Source: Candidatus Dormiibacterota bacterium (lineage in GTDB: Bacteria > Chloroflexota > Dormibacteria > Aeolococcales > Aeolococcaceae). From it: a DNA stretch of 64,000 bases. Position 1 is the first letter of the stretch. Every line of letters begins with the position of its first letter. The position numbers and the translations under genes are program-made. The DNA lies in the NCBI GenBank assembly GCA_963718525.1, contig OY970355.1, positions 832,001 to 896,000 on the forward strand, given 5' to 3'. The notes under the pieces are model-generated. The model saw nothing but the letters and a program-made list of their open reading frames with translations. It was not told the DNA's origin and did not search any database. Below, piece by piece: positions 10,278 through 18,359 of this stretch.

Positions 10278-10306
10278 TTGACAATCGCGATCACAACCAG
10301 CATGCT
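10278..10306 (+). promoter_or_regulatory. Sigma70-type promoter for the H1-like gene
   Basis: TTGACA (10278-10283), 17 bp, CATGCT (10301-10306). Confidence 0.7.
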
Positions 10307-10370
10307 ATGCCGGAACGACTAGGAGGTTTTGGACACCTCCTGTCACAAACAACAAGGAGGCCCATAGGAT

Positions 10371-11120
10371 ATGGCCAGGACCAGACGTAGGAGAGGCGGC
10401 GTCGAGAAGGCCGTCAAACGCACCGTGAGGCGCGTAGGGACGACCGCTCGCCGTCGCGCACCCGCCGCTGGTGGCGATCTCGTGAAGGCGGTGCAGAACC
10501 TCGTGAAGGCGTTGCCCGTCGGCGAGTTGGAGAAGCAACTCGCGGGCCTTGAGAAGACCGTCGCGCGGCTCGAAGTGAGCCTGCGTGGTGCAGCCAAGCG
10601 TGCATCGACCGCGGTCCGCGGGACCAAACGCGCAACTGCCAAACGCGCAACTGCCAAACGCGCAACCGCAAAACGCGGCACCGCGAAGCGGGCGACCGCC
10701 AAGCGGGCAACCGCGAAGCGCGCAACCGCCAAGCGGGCGACCGCTAAGCGGGCCGGCGCCAAGAAGACCACGGCTCGCAAGACCACGGCTCGCAAGCCCG
10801 CAGCACGCAAGACCACGGCTCGCAAGACCACGGCTCGCAAGACCACGGCCCGCAAGCCCGCAGCGCGCAAGACCACGGCCCGTAAGACCACCGCGCGCAA
10901 GACCACGGCCCGTAAGACCACCGTGCGCAAGACCACGGCTCGCAAGCCGGCCGCTGCGCGCAAGACCACGGCCCGCAAGACCACGGCGCGTAAGACCACC
11001 GCGCGCAAGCCCGCAGCTGCTCGCAAGACCACTGCGCGCAAGCCGGTGACCCGCCGTCGCGTGGTTCGGGCAGTCGCCGCGGCGCCTGCGCCGGCACCCG
11101 CCACCACGACACCGAGCTGA
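10371..11120 (+). CDS. Histone H1-like basic repeat protein with N-terminal coiled coil
   Basis: SD AAGGAGG at 10354-10360; heptad segment LEKQLAGLEKTVARLEVSL; about 28 KRATA/RKTTA/RKPAA repeats. Confidence 0.85.
   Translation: MARTRRRRGGVEKAVKRTVRRVGTTARRRAPAAGGDLVKAVQNLVKALPVGELEKQLAGLEKTVARLEVSLRGAAKRASTAVRGTKRATAKRATAKRATAKRGTAKRATAKRATAKRATAKRATAKRAGAKKTTARKTTARKPAARKTTARKTTARKTTARKPAARKTTARKTTARKTTARKTTVRKTTARKPAAARKTTARKTTARKTTARKPAAARKTTARKPVTRRRVVRAVAAAPAPAPATTTPS
10626..11051 (+). repeat. Imperfect 15-bp coding tandem repeat array
   Basis: aaacgcgcaactgcc- and cgcaagaccacggct-type units encoding pentapeptides. Confidence 0.9.
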
Positions 11121-11161
11121 GGCGCACAGCCCCGGCAATCACGCTTTAAGTAGTTGGATGG

Positions 11162-11190
11162 GGCCCCCGGCAGGTGCCGGGGGCCTTCTT
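11162..11190 (+). terminator. Intrinsic terminator between the convergent H1-like gene and ltaE
   Basis: ggcccccggca-gg-tgccgggggcc inverted repeat followed by ttctt. Confidence 0.75.
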
Positions 11191-11234
11191 CATGTCATTC
11201 CACCTGGCTGACACGGGATCGCGCGATGATCCGC

Positions 11235-12269
11235 TCAGGTGGCGAGGACGCGAGCCAGCACGGCGGCAGCGCGCTCAGCTTGAGCAGTGTCCACGTTCAG
11301 ATGAGTCACGCAGCGGAGCGTGCGCGGGCCCATCGCGCTGACCAGCACGTTCTGCTCGCGCATCCGAGACGCAAGCTCCGCCGCGGGTGCCTGCGTGTCG
11401 AACGTGACGATGTTCGTGGGCACGGCGGGACGGCGCAGGGTCGCGCCGGGACTCCCGCCAACCGCTTCGGCGATGATCCTCGCATTCTCGTGATCCTGAG
11501 TCAGCCGCGCAAGGTTGTGATCGAGGGCGTAGAGACCGGCCGCGGCGATGATTCCCGCCTGGCGCATGCCGCCGCCGAGACGCTTGCGCCACCGTCGGAC
11601 CAACTCCATCGTGACTGTGTCGCCTGACACCACGGACCCCACCGGTGCACCGAGACCCTTGCTGATGCAGACCGTGACGGTGTCGCAGTCCTTCACAAGT
11701 GCGGCCGGTGTCACGCTCAACGCCGCGGCCGCGTTGAAGAGCCGAGCTCCATCGCAATGCACCCGGAGTCCCAGGCGGTGCGCTTCGCTCGCTGCGGCAT
11801 GAATCCGCGTCGTGTCGATGGCGCCGCCCCCGCGACGGTTGTGCGTGTTCTCGATGCAGAGGAGGGTTGAGACGGGCTGATGGACGTCCGGTGGGCGGAC
11901 CGCCGCCGCGACGGACTCGGCATCGGGGATGCCGTCGACGCTCTCCAGAACCCGGAGCTGAACGCCGGCGATAAGCGCCGCCCCACCAACCTCGTACATG
12001 AAGAGATGCGCCTCGGCATCGGCGATGACCTCATCGCCGGGGTGCGTCTGCGCAGCGACGCACGCCAGGTTGCCCATCGTGCCGCTCGGGACGAACACGC
12101 CCGCTTCCTTCCCGAGCCTGCGCGCGATGTCGTCCTCGAGGCGGCGCACAGTCGGGTCCTCGCCCCACACGTCGTCACCAACCTCGGCGTGCGCCATGGC
12201 GTAACGCATTCCCTCGTCGGGAACGGTCAGCGTGTCACTCCGTAGGTCGACGCTGTCCGGTGCCGGCAT
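11235..12269 (-). CDS. ltaE: Low-specificity L-threonine aldolase
   Basis: DLRSDT, VGDDV.GEDPT, SGTMGN, IENTHN, HCDGARLFNA, SKGLGAPVGS, RKRLGGGMRQAG. Confidence 0.93.
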   Translation of the reverse strand: MPAPDSVDLRSDTLTVPDEGMRYAMAHAEVGDDVWGEDPTVRRLEDDIARRLGKEAGVFVPSGTMGNLACVAAQTHPGDEVIADAEAHLFMYEVGGAALIAGVQLRVLESVDGIPDAESVAAAVRPPDVHQPVSTLLCIENTHNRRGGGAIDTTRIHAAASEAHRLGLRVHCDGARLFNAAAALSVTPAALVKDCDTVTVCISKGLGAPVGSVVSGDTVTMELVRRWRKRLGGGMRQAGIIAAAGLYALDHNLARLTQDHENARIIAEAVGGSPGATLRRPAVPTNIVTFDTQAPAAELASRMREQNVLVSAMGPRTLRCVTHLNVDTAQAERAAAVLARVLAT

Positions 12270-14316
12270 TGCTCTCGTTTCGGGTCACGTGTGCATCGTG
12301 ACGCAATGACGCCACGGCGCGCGACGACGAGGCGCCTCGGACGGCGGCGGCCATGCAGGTCCGATCGCGTCCCGACCGTTTCGCTTCGTAGAGCGCCTCG
12401 TCGGCGAGGCCGAACAGATCTGTCGCGCTGTCAGTATCCTCGGGATAGGCCGCCACGCCGACGCTGACGCTCAGACGCACCGGGGGACGGCCGGACAGGT
12501 GGACGTCGGTGTTGGCAACGGCGCGACGGATCTTCTCCGCAACCAGGAACGCCTCTCGTGCCGAGGTGTTCGGCATCAGCACGACGAACTCCTCGCCGCC
12601 GTAGCGCGCGCTCAGATCCGCGCGACGGACGTTGCTGACGACGGTCTCGGCGAACGTCGACAGTGCCACGTCACCCGCGTGATGGCCATGGGTGTCGTTC
12701 AGCGCTTTGAAGTGGTCGATGTCGAGCATGAGGATCGCGAGCGGTGCGCCCATCCGCTCGGCGAGCGCCGCCTGCTGGCCGAGTGAATCGATGAGGAAGC
12801 GATGGTTGTAGAGACCGGTGAGGTCATCGACACTCGCCTGGCGCTGCACCACCGCGAGAAACCGGTAGCGCTCCAGCGCCAGCGAGACCTGCTCCGCCGT
12901 CGATGCCACGAGGTCGGAGTCGCCACTGGTGAAGGCGCTGTCATGACCTGCGACTGCAAGGACCCCATACACGTGCTGCCCGAGACGGAGCGGCGCAACA
13001 CAGAACTCTCGGACGCCGAGGCTCGCCTCGGGCGCGGCCGATGTCGCCCCCAGCGTGATGGCTCCGAGACCGCGGTGGCGATATCCCTCGCCAAGTGGTC
13101 CATGACCCTCGAGGAAACCGTCCACGGTGATACGACGGCCGCCGTCACAGACCGCGAACGGATCGCTCATGTCCGATCCGTTGACCACGATCAACGCCAA
13201 ATCCACATCCATCGATCGGCGCAGCTCCGCGCAGACGTTGGCGAGCGCCGCTTCGAGCGGCTGCGCGAGGCTGAGCTCCATGGCGACCGTTGCTCGACAC
13301 GCGGTGATCCGCATGGTCGAGCGCACCTGCATGCGCATCGCTTCGAAACTGGCGCCGAGCCTGCCGATCTCATCGATGGATCCGGTGTGGACCGGCCGCT
13401 CGAAATCACCGCGTCCCAGAGCTGCCACCGCATTGTCGAGACGCTGCAGCGGGCGGCGCAGGTCGACCTGCACCACGACCACGATGAACAGCATCGCGAC
13501 CAGGATCACCACGAGCAGCAGCAGTATCGACTGCCACCCCACCGGTTGACCCGAGAATGGGGCCGCTGCAGCAAGGGTCAGCCCAGCGCCGATCGGGATC
13601 GCCGCAACGGCGAACTGGCGTGATTCGAGCGAGACGATTCCCGGTTGCGTGGGAATCGCGCCGGCGAGCGCCGGGGGCAGCGACGCCGCCCGTCCCGCGA
13701 TGGTGAGCGTCCGGCCCTCGCGGATGAGCAGGACTCCGACGGGAGCCGCGGTCGTCGCGATGTTGCGATCGATGACATCGATGAAGGCCGCCGTCAGCGG
13801 ACGGGCGACAAACGCGGTCGCTGTGGTTCCGGGGACACGCGATGCGGCAACGATCCATGGACCGCCACCCGCCGTCGTTGCGGTGGTCGCTCCCGCCAAC
13901 CCGGCGCTCGCCAGGCTCACCGCCAGCGCACCTCCGAGTCGAGTCGACCCGCGCACGGCGACAATGCCGCCGCCACCCTGGACCACGCCGAGCACATCGT
14001 CGGTGCCGATCACGGAGGTGTCCTCAACCAGCGTCGCTTCGACCGCGCTGGTGGAAGTGGTGTCGCCGCCCGCGGCGATCTGCCGCCCCACGTCGGCGAT
14101 GAAGGTCGCCAGCGACGCACGCTGGCCGTCGATGAGATTGGCGGCGATCGACACGGTCTGAGCGATGCTGGTCTCAGCCTGGGCGCGCGCACTCGCGGCG
14201 GCGAGCATCAGGGGCACCACCGCGATCGTGGCTCCGGCGACGAAAATCACCGCGGCGAATTTGAGCGAAAACGATGCACCTCGCCAGATGGCGCGAAACC
14301 AGCGAACCCCTCGCAT
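12235..14316 (-). CDS. Membrane diguanylate cyclase (TM-sensor-TM-HAMP-GAF-GGDEF)
   Basis: HAMP (PLQRL...DEIGRLGASFEAM), GAF (APLRLGQHVYGVL), DDLTGLYN, DIDHFK..ND..GH..GD, I-site RRAD, GGEEF. Confidence 0.92.
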   Translation of the reverse strand: MRGVRWFRAIWRGASFSLKFAAVIFVAGATIAVVPLMLAAASARAQAETSIAQTVSIAANLIDGQRASLATFIADVGRQIAAGGDTTSTSAVEATLVEDTSVIGTDDVLGVVQGGGGIVAVRGSTRLGGALAVSLASAGLAGATTATTAGGGPWIVAASRVPGTTATAFVARPLTAAFIDVIDRNIATTAAPVGVLLIREGRTLTIAGRAASLPPALAGAIPTQPGIVSLESRQFAVAAIPIGAGLTLAAAAPFSGQPVGWQSILLLLVVILVAMLFIVVVVQVDLRRPLQRLDNAVAALGRGDFERPVHTGSIDEIGRLGASFEAMRMQVRSTMRITACRATVAMELSLAQPLEAALANVCAELRRSMDVDLALIVVNGSDMSDPFAVCDGGRRITVDGFLEGHGPLGEGYRHRGLGAITLGATSAAPEASLGVREFCVAPLRLGQHVYGVLAVAGHDSAFTSGDSDLVASTAEQVSLALERYRFLAVVQRQASVDDLTGLYNHRFLIDSLGQQAALAERMGAPLAILMLDIDHFKALNDTHGHHAGDVALSTFAETVVSNVRRADLSARYGGEEFVVLMPNTSAREAFLVAEKIRRAVANTDVHLSGRPPVRLSVSVGVAAYPEDTDSATDLFGLADEALYEAKRSGRDRTCMAAAVRGASSSRAVASLRHDAHVTRNESNAGTGQRRPTE

Positions 14317-14325
14317 CGCCCTTCC

Positions 14326-14898
14326 TCAGTCCGAGCGACGAACCAGAACGAGGGACGCCACTGCGATGGTCGCGGCCACGAGCATCGACGACAGCGCGAT
14401 GGTGTAGACACCGCCCGGGAGCACTGCGGCTGCGCTCACCGGCGGTCCGGCGGGAGGGATGCTCAGCGCCGGCGGCGCGAGCACCGGCGGGCGCGGTCCT
14501 GCAGCCGGCTCCGGACCGCGAGACGGCGTCTGCGTCGTCAACTCAGCCGGTGGTGACGAGCCCTTGGGGTATGGAGTCGCCCCTGGAGGGCGCGCCGGCG
14601 GTGAGGGCGCCGGGGTCGCGATCGCGGCCGGCGGCGAGGGCGACGGAACGCAGCGGCGGTCATCCCCGTCCCGATCGTGGTCCCGTTCCTCGTCTCGGGC
14701 ACCATCGCGATCATCAGCCCGGCGGTCTTTGCAATCGCGATCGGAGTCACCATCTCTGTCCTGGAACACAGACAGGGTGGCATCGTGACCGTGCGACGCC
14801 GCCTCGATACCGGCTGCCGACACGTCCGTGGAAGCGAACAGGATTGAGAACAGCGACGCGCCGACCAGCAGCTTCACCAGGACGCGTCGGATCTGCAA
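14326..14898 (-). CDS. Secreted, C-terminally anchored Asp/Arg- and Pro-rich protein
   Basis: GGAGGTGA just before TTG; signal peptide; DRDGD repeats; Pro linker; C-terminal TM plus RR. Confidence 0.7.
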   Translation of the reverse strand: MQIRRVLVKLLVGASLFSILFASTDVSAAGIEAASHGHDATLSVFQDRDGDSDRDCKDRRADDRDGARDEERDHDRDGDDRRCVPSPSPPAAIATPAPSPPARPPGATPYPKGSSPPAELTTQTPSRGPEPAAGPRPPVLAPPALSIPPAGPPVSAAAVLPGGVYTIALSSMLVAATIAVASLVLVRRSD

Positions 14899-14965
14899 GT
14901 CACCTCCGCGACGATGCTACGGCTGCGTTCGGTGGGACTTGTGAACGAAATGTGACACTTTTCAG

Positions 14966-15505
14966 GTGCCCGTCATCGTCATCAATTTCATCGACGGTGA
15001 GATCGCTCTCGCTGAGACTTCGGAGATCACGTTTGATCTCGCGATCCTCGACGCGGAGCTGCGGTCGATCAACCAGAACAGCGAGCGCGGGCTCTTTCCG
15101 GTCAGCGCCATCCGGCAGATCCTCGTGGGCGACCCGGAACCGGCTCCTCCGGAGGCCGAGGTGGCCACCTGGGATCGCGCGGCATTTCATTTCATCGACG
15201 GGTTGGTGATTCGCGCGTCGATTCGGTCCGATGCGCATCTCGGCCGCTATGGCGGGGTCTGGCGGATCGTCGAGCCCGGCTCCACCGAGTTGCGCACCAT
15301 CGCAGTCCCGTACGCAGCCCTGAAAGGCGTCTACCAGATCCGCCAGTGGGACAGCCGTCCCGCCAGCGAACGCGACCCGCACGCCGAGCTCGATCAGCTC
15401 GCCCGTGTCCTCGCGGAGCGCGAGCGCACCATCGCCGGAGGCGGCACCGTACCGACCCGACGCCCGCTGCTGTCGCGGTTGAGACGCCCGCCCGGTTCCG
15501 CCTGA
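14966..15505 (+). CDS. Hypothetical protein with two tandem Sm/Hfq-like repeats
   Basis: Internal duplication INFIDGE..FPVSAIRQI and FHFIDGL..VPYAALKGV; high-GC3 codon usage. Confidence 0.7.
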   Translation: MPVIVINFIDGEIALAETSEITFDLAILDAELRSINQNSERGLFPVSAIRQILVGDPEPAPPEAEVATWDRAAFHFIDGLVIRASIRSDAHLGRYGGVWRIVEPGSTELRTIAVPYAALKGVYQIRQWDSRPASERDPHAELDQLARVLAERERTIAGGGTVPTRRPLLSRLRRPPGSA

Positions 15506-15572
15506 TCTCGGACCTGTCGCGCGTCTGTCGACATCCCTGAGCGGCCGAGGACCTCGTGCTACCGTCCCCGCT

Positions 15573-16613
15573 GTGACCACCACGCTGGTGCGTGGCGAGC
15601 CCGAGGTCAGCGACGCTCCCCCTTCGCTGACGAGCCGCCTCCTCACCCCCAAAACGATCGCGTCCCTCGGCATCGCCGTCGTCATCGTCGGCGTGGCAGT
15701 GTGGCGCGCGCCCATCGACTGGAGCGCGGCCTGGGACAACATCCGCCACGCCAATCCGTTCCTCTATCTCGGTGCGCTCGCGGTCTACTACGTATCGTTC
15801 GGGCTCCGTTCGCTCCGCTGGCACGTGCTCCTCGAGAACGCGGGGGAGAAGCGCACATCCGGATCTCTCATCGGCATCGTGATCACGTCGTTCTTCATCA
15901 ACTGCGTGGTGCCGGCGAAGATGGGCGACATCTATCGCGGCTACCTGGCCAAGCAGAAGCTCGACATCCCGGTCAGCAAGGCACTCGGCACCATCATCGC
16001 CGAGCAACTCATCGACCTCATCGTGCTCATGTCGCTGCTCCTCGCGGCGGGTGCGGTGGTCTTCCGCACCAAGGCACCGGGCATCCTCGTCCCGTACGTC
16101 GTCATCGGCGTCGTCGTCTGCCTCGCCGGTGTCGGAGTCATCCTGGTGATGCGGGCCGGCCGCGGTCAGCGAGTCCTCCGCCACCTGCCTGAAGCGGTCT
16201 TCCACAGGTACGAGAGCCTCCGCGTCGGTACCGTCGACTCATTTGCGCGGCTCCCGACGCTGCTCGTCCTCACCGTGCTGGTGTGGATGGCCGAGGGGGC
16301 GCGCCTCGGGTTGGTTGTGTTCTCACTGCACCTCGTCGGTGTCCATCTCGGCCCGTCGCAGTTCCTGCTCATCGCGCTGGTCGCTGCACTGCTCACCACC
16401 GTGCCATTCCTCCCGGGTGGCCTGGGATTGGTGGAGGCCGGCATGATCGGCGTGCTCATCACTGTCGGCGGCGTCACCAACTCCGCAGCGGCCTCGATCA
16501 CCCTGCTCGACCGGAGCATCAGCTACGGCAGCCTGATCGTCATCGGCTTCGTGATCTTCGTCCTCACCCACCTGCACGTTCCGAAGGCACACAGGGTCGC
16601 AACAGAGGGGTGA
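15573..16613 (+). CDS. Lysylphosphatidylglycerol-synthase TM-domain / flippase-like protein (UPF0104)
   Basis: RSLRW, N.VVPAKMGD..R, PFLPGGLGLVEAG, LLDR; multiple TMs. Confidence 0.85.
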   Translation: MTTTLVRGEPEVSDAPPSLTSRLLTPKTIASLGIAVVIVGVAVWRAPIDWSAAWDNIRHANPFLYLGALAVYYVSFGLRSLRWHVLLENAGEKRTSGSLIGIVITSFFINCVVPAKMGDIYRGYLAKQKLDIPVSKALGTIIAEQLIDLIVLMSLLLAAGAVVFRTKAPGILVPYVVIGVVVCLAGVGVILVMRAGRGQRVLRHLPEAVFHRYESLRVGTVDSFARLPTLLVLTVLVWMAEGARLGLVVFSLHLVGVHLGPSQFLLIALVAALLTTVPFLPGGLGLVEAGMIGVLITVGGVTNSAAASITLLDRSISYGSLIVIGFVIFVLTHLHVPKAHRVATEG

Positions 16614-17527
16614 GAGCGCTCGTCACCGGCGGGGCCGGCTTCATCGGTTCGCAGATCACCGACGCGCTGATTGGCGCCGGTCATCAGGTCACCGTCATCG
16701 ACGACCTCTCGCGTGGACGGCGTGAGCAGGTGCATCCTGGCGCGACGTTCGTCGAGCTGGACATCACCTCGCCCCGGCTCGGGAGTGCGTTTGCCGATGC
16801 ACGCGCCGACGTGGTGTTTCACGCAGCCGCACAGATCGATGTCCGCGCATCGGTGCGCGACCCACTCCACGATGCCGACGTCAACGTGGTCGGCACCGTG
16901 AACGTCCTTCGCGCGGCGGTTGACGCCGGAGCCCGGCGGGTGGTGTTCTCCTCGAGTGGCGGGGCGATCTATGGCGACGCGGACGTCATCCCGACGCCTG
17001 AGGATCAGCCGTGCCTCCCCGAGTCTCCATACGGCACCGCGAAACTGTGTGCCGAAGCATACGGCGGCACATTCAGCCGTCAGGCGGGACTCGAGTTCGT
17101 TGCCCTCCGATACGCCAACGTGTATGGGCCGCGTCAGGACCCCAACGGTGAAGCCGGTGTCGTGGGCATCTTCGCGATCGGGTTGGTGCGCGGCGAGCCG
17201 GTGGTGATCAACGGCGATGGCACGCAAACTCGTGACTACGTGCACGTCCACGACGTGGTGCGCGCCAACCTTGCGGCGGTTGACGGTCCGGCCGGCGTCT
17301 ACAACATCGGCACCGGCGTCGAGACTGACGTGAACACCCTGTACCGCATGCTTGCTGATGCAGCCGGTGTGCGCGCGGATGCCGGGCACGGTCCCGCGAA
17401 ACCCGGTGAACAGCGCCGTTCCTGCCTCGATACCACCGGCACGCGTGAGCGTCTGGGCTGGAGTGCGACCATCGGATTCGACGAAGGCGTGCGGTCCACG
17501 CTCGAGTACTTCCGAACGGCGACTTAG
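16610..17527 (+). CDS. NAD-dependent nucleotide-sugar epimerase/dehydratase (GalE-like)
   Basis: GTG overlapping upstream stop; TGGAGFIGS, SSGGAIYG, YGTAK, RYANVYGPRQ, GDGTQTRDYVHV. Confidence 0.92.
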   Translation: MRALVTGGAGFIGSQITDALIGAGHQVTVIDDLSRGRREQVHPGATFVELDITSPRLGSAFADARADVVFHAAAQIDVRASVRDPLHDADVNVVGTVNVLRAAVDAGARRVVFSSSGGAIYGDADVIPTPEDQPCLPESPYGTAKLCAEAYGGTFSRQAGLEFVALRYANVYGPRQDPNGEAGVVGIFAIGLVRGEPVVINGDGTQTRDYVHVHDVVRANLAAVDGPAGVYNIGTGVETDVNTLYRMLADAAGVRADAGHGPAKPGEQRRSCLDTTGTRERLGWSATIGFDEGVRSTLEYFRTAT

Positions 17528-17964
17528 CCGTCGAGCTGCGAGCTGGCACGCGCGAGGTGGGCTGAGCCCCTGCTGCGCAGTGCGGTCCCGGCGTCACGGA
17601 GCGCCTCATCGATCGCGTAACGGGGTGCTTCCGCCAGTCGCGCCGACCACGTCAGCTCGTCAACGCCCAGCTCGAGCGCGGCCCGAGCCTCGTCCAGGGC
17701 AGGTTCCACCGGCACCCCGGCGATTCGCTCCAGCGCCTGCGCGCACCCGTCCAGCCGCCGCCTGATGGCGTGCGGCGCGCTGGCATCGTCACCCGAACCG
17801 GGGGTGCCGTCGAGCGCCGTCGCCGCCTCGTTCGCGGTCTCGAGCACCGCCACGAGCACGGCGCGCGGGTCCTCCTCCGTGGTTGCGCCGGATCCCATCA
17901 TCCGGTAGGCCCCGAACAGGAACAGCACCACCACCAGCGCGGCGATGATGTAGATCGCCGTCAC
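17524..17964 (-). CDS. Hypothetical protein with N-terminal membrane anchor
   Basis: Hydrophobic N-terminus then helical domain; follows infA. Confidence 0.65.
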   Translation of the reverse strand: MTAIYIIAALVVVLFLFGAYRMMGSGATTEEDPRAVLVAVLETANEAATALDGTPGSGDDASAPHAIRRRLDGCAQALERIAGVPVEPALDEARAALELGVDELTWSARLAEAPRYAIDEALRDAGTALRSRGSAHLARASSQLDG

Positions 17965-17980
17965 GGCCGGTCCCCGGCGA

Positions 17981-18286
17981 CTACTTGTAGCGGAAGGTGA
18001 TCCGCCCGCGCGAGAGATCGTACGGGCTCAGCTCGACCCGAACCCGATCTCCGATGAGGATGCGGATGTAGAACTTGCGCATCTTCCCCGACGTGTAGGC
18101 GAGGACATCCTGACCCGTCTGCAAGCGCACCTTGAACATCGCGTTGGGCAACGGCTCGACAACCGTCGCATCCATCTCGATGGTCTCTTCCTTGACGTCG
18201 ACCTGGGCGGTGCCGTCGGTGACGTCCCGTCGACGGACGGGACCGCGCCGGCGGGTACCGCCGGGACGGGGTGGGCGTCGTGCCAA
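17981..18286 (-). CDS. infA: Translation initiation factor IF-1 with Arg-rich N-terminal extension
   Basis: [65 protein letters not shown]; GAGGAG SD before TTG 18286. Confidence 0.9.
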   Translation of the reverse strand: MARRPPRPGGTRRRGPVRRRDVTDGTAQVDVKEETIEMDATVVEPLPNAMFKVRLQTGQDVLAYTSGKMRKFYIRILIGDRVRVELSPYDLSRGRITFRYK

Positions 18287-18359
18287 ACAGGGTCTCCTCG
18301 AAGCTGATCGGGCGGTTGGCGAGCGTATCACGGAGCCGTTCCCTGGTAACGTCATCTCG

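Noticed and set aside
10626-11051. Regular short repeats resembling a CRISPR array or VNTR
   Set aside because: Units are contiguous 15-mers with no spacers, vary at synonymous positions and encode the H1-like protein; no cas genes
10305-11142. Long antisense ORFs (RAVVL/ARLAV repeats) over the H1-like gene
   Set aside because: Shadow frames of the repeat; promoter, SD and terminator support the + strand gene
14940-14966. TGTGA repeats and TGTGA-N6-TCAGG resembling a CRP/FNR site
   Set aside because: Second half-site is imperfect and abuts the start codon; not enough support
18287-18359. Possible SAM or cobalamin riboswitch upstream of metH
   Set aside because: Only 73 bp between divergent genes, with a -10 hexamer 7 nt before the ATG; no room
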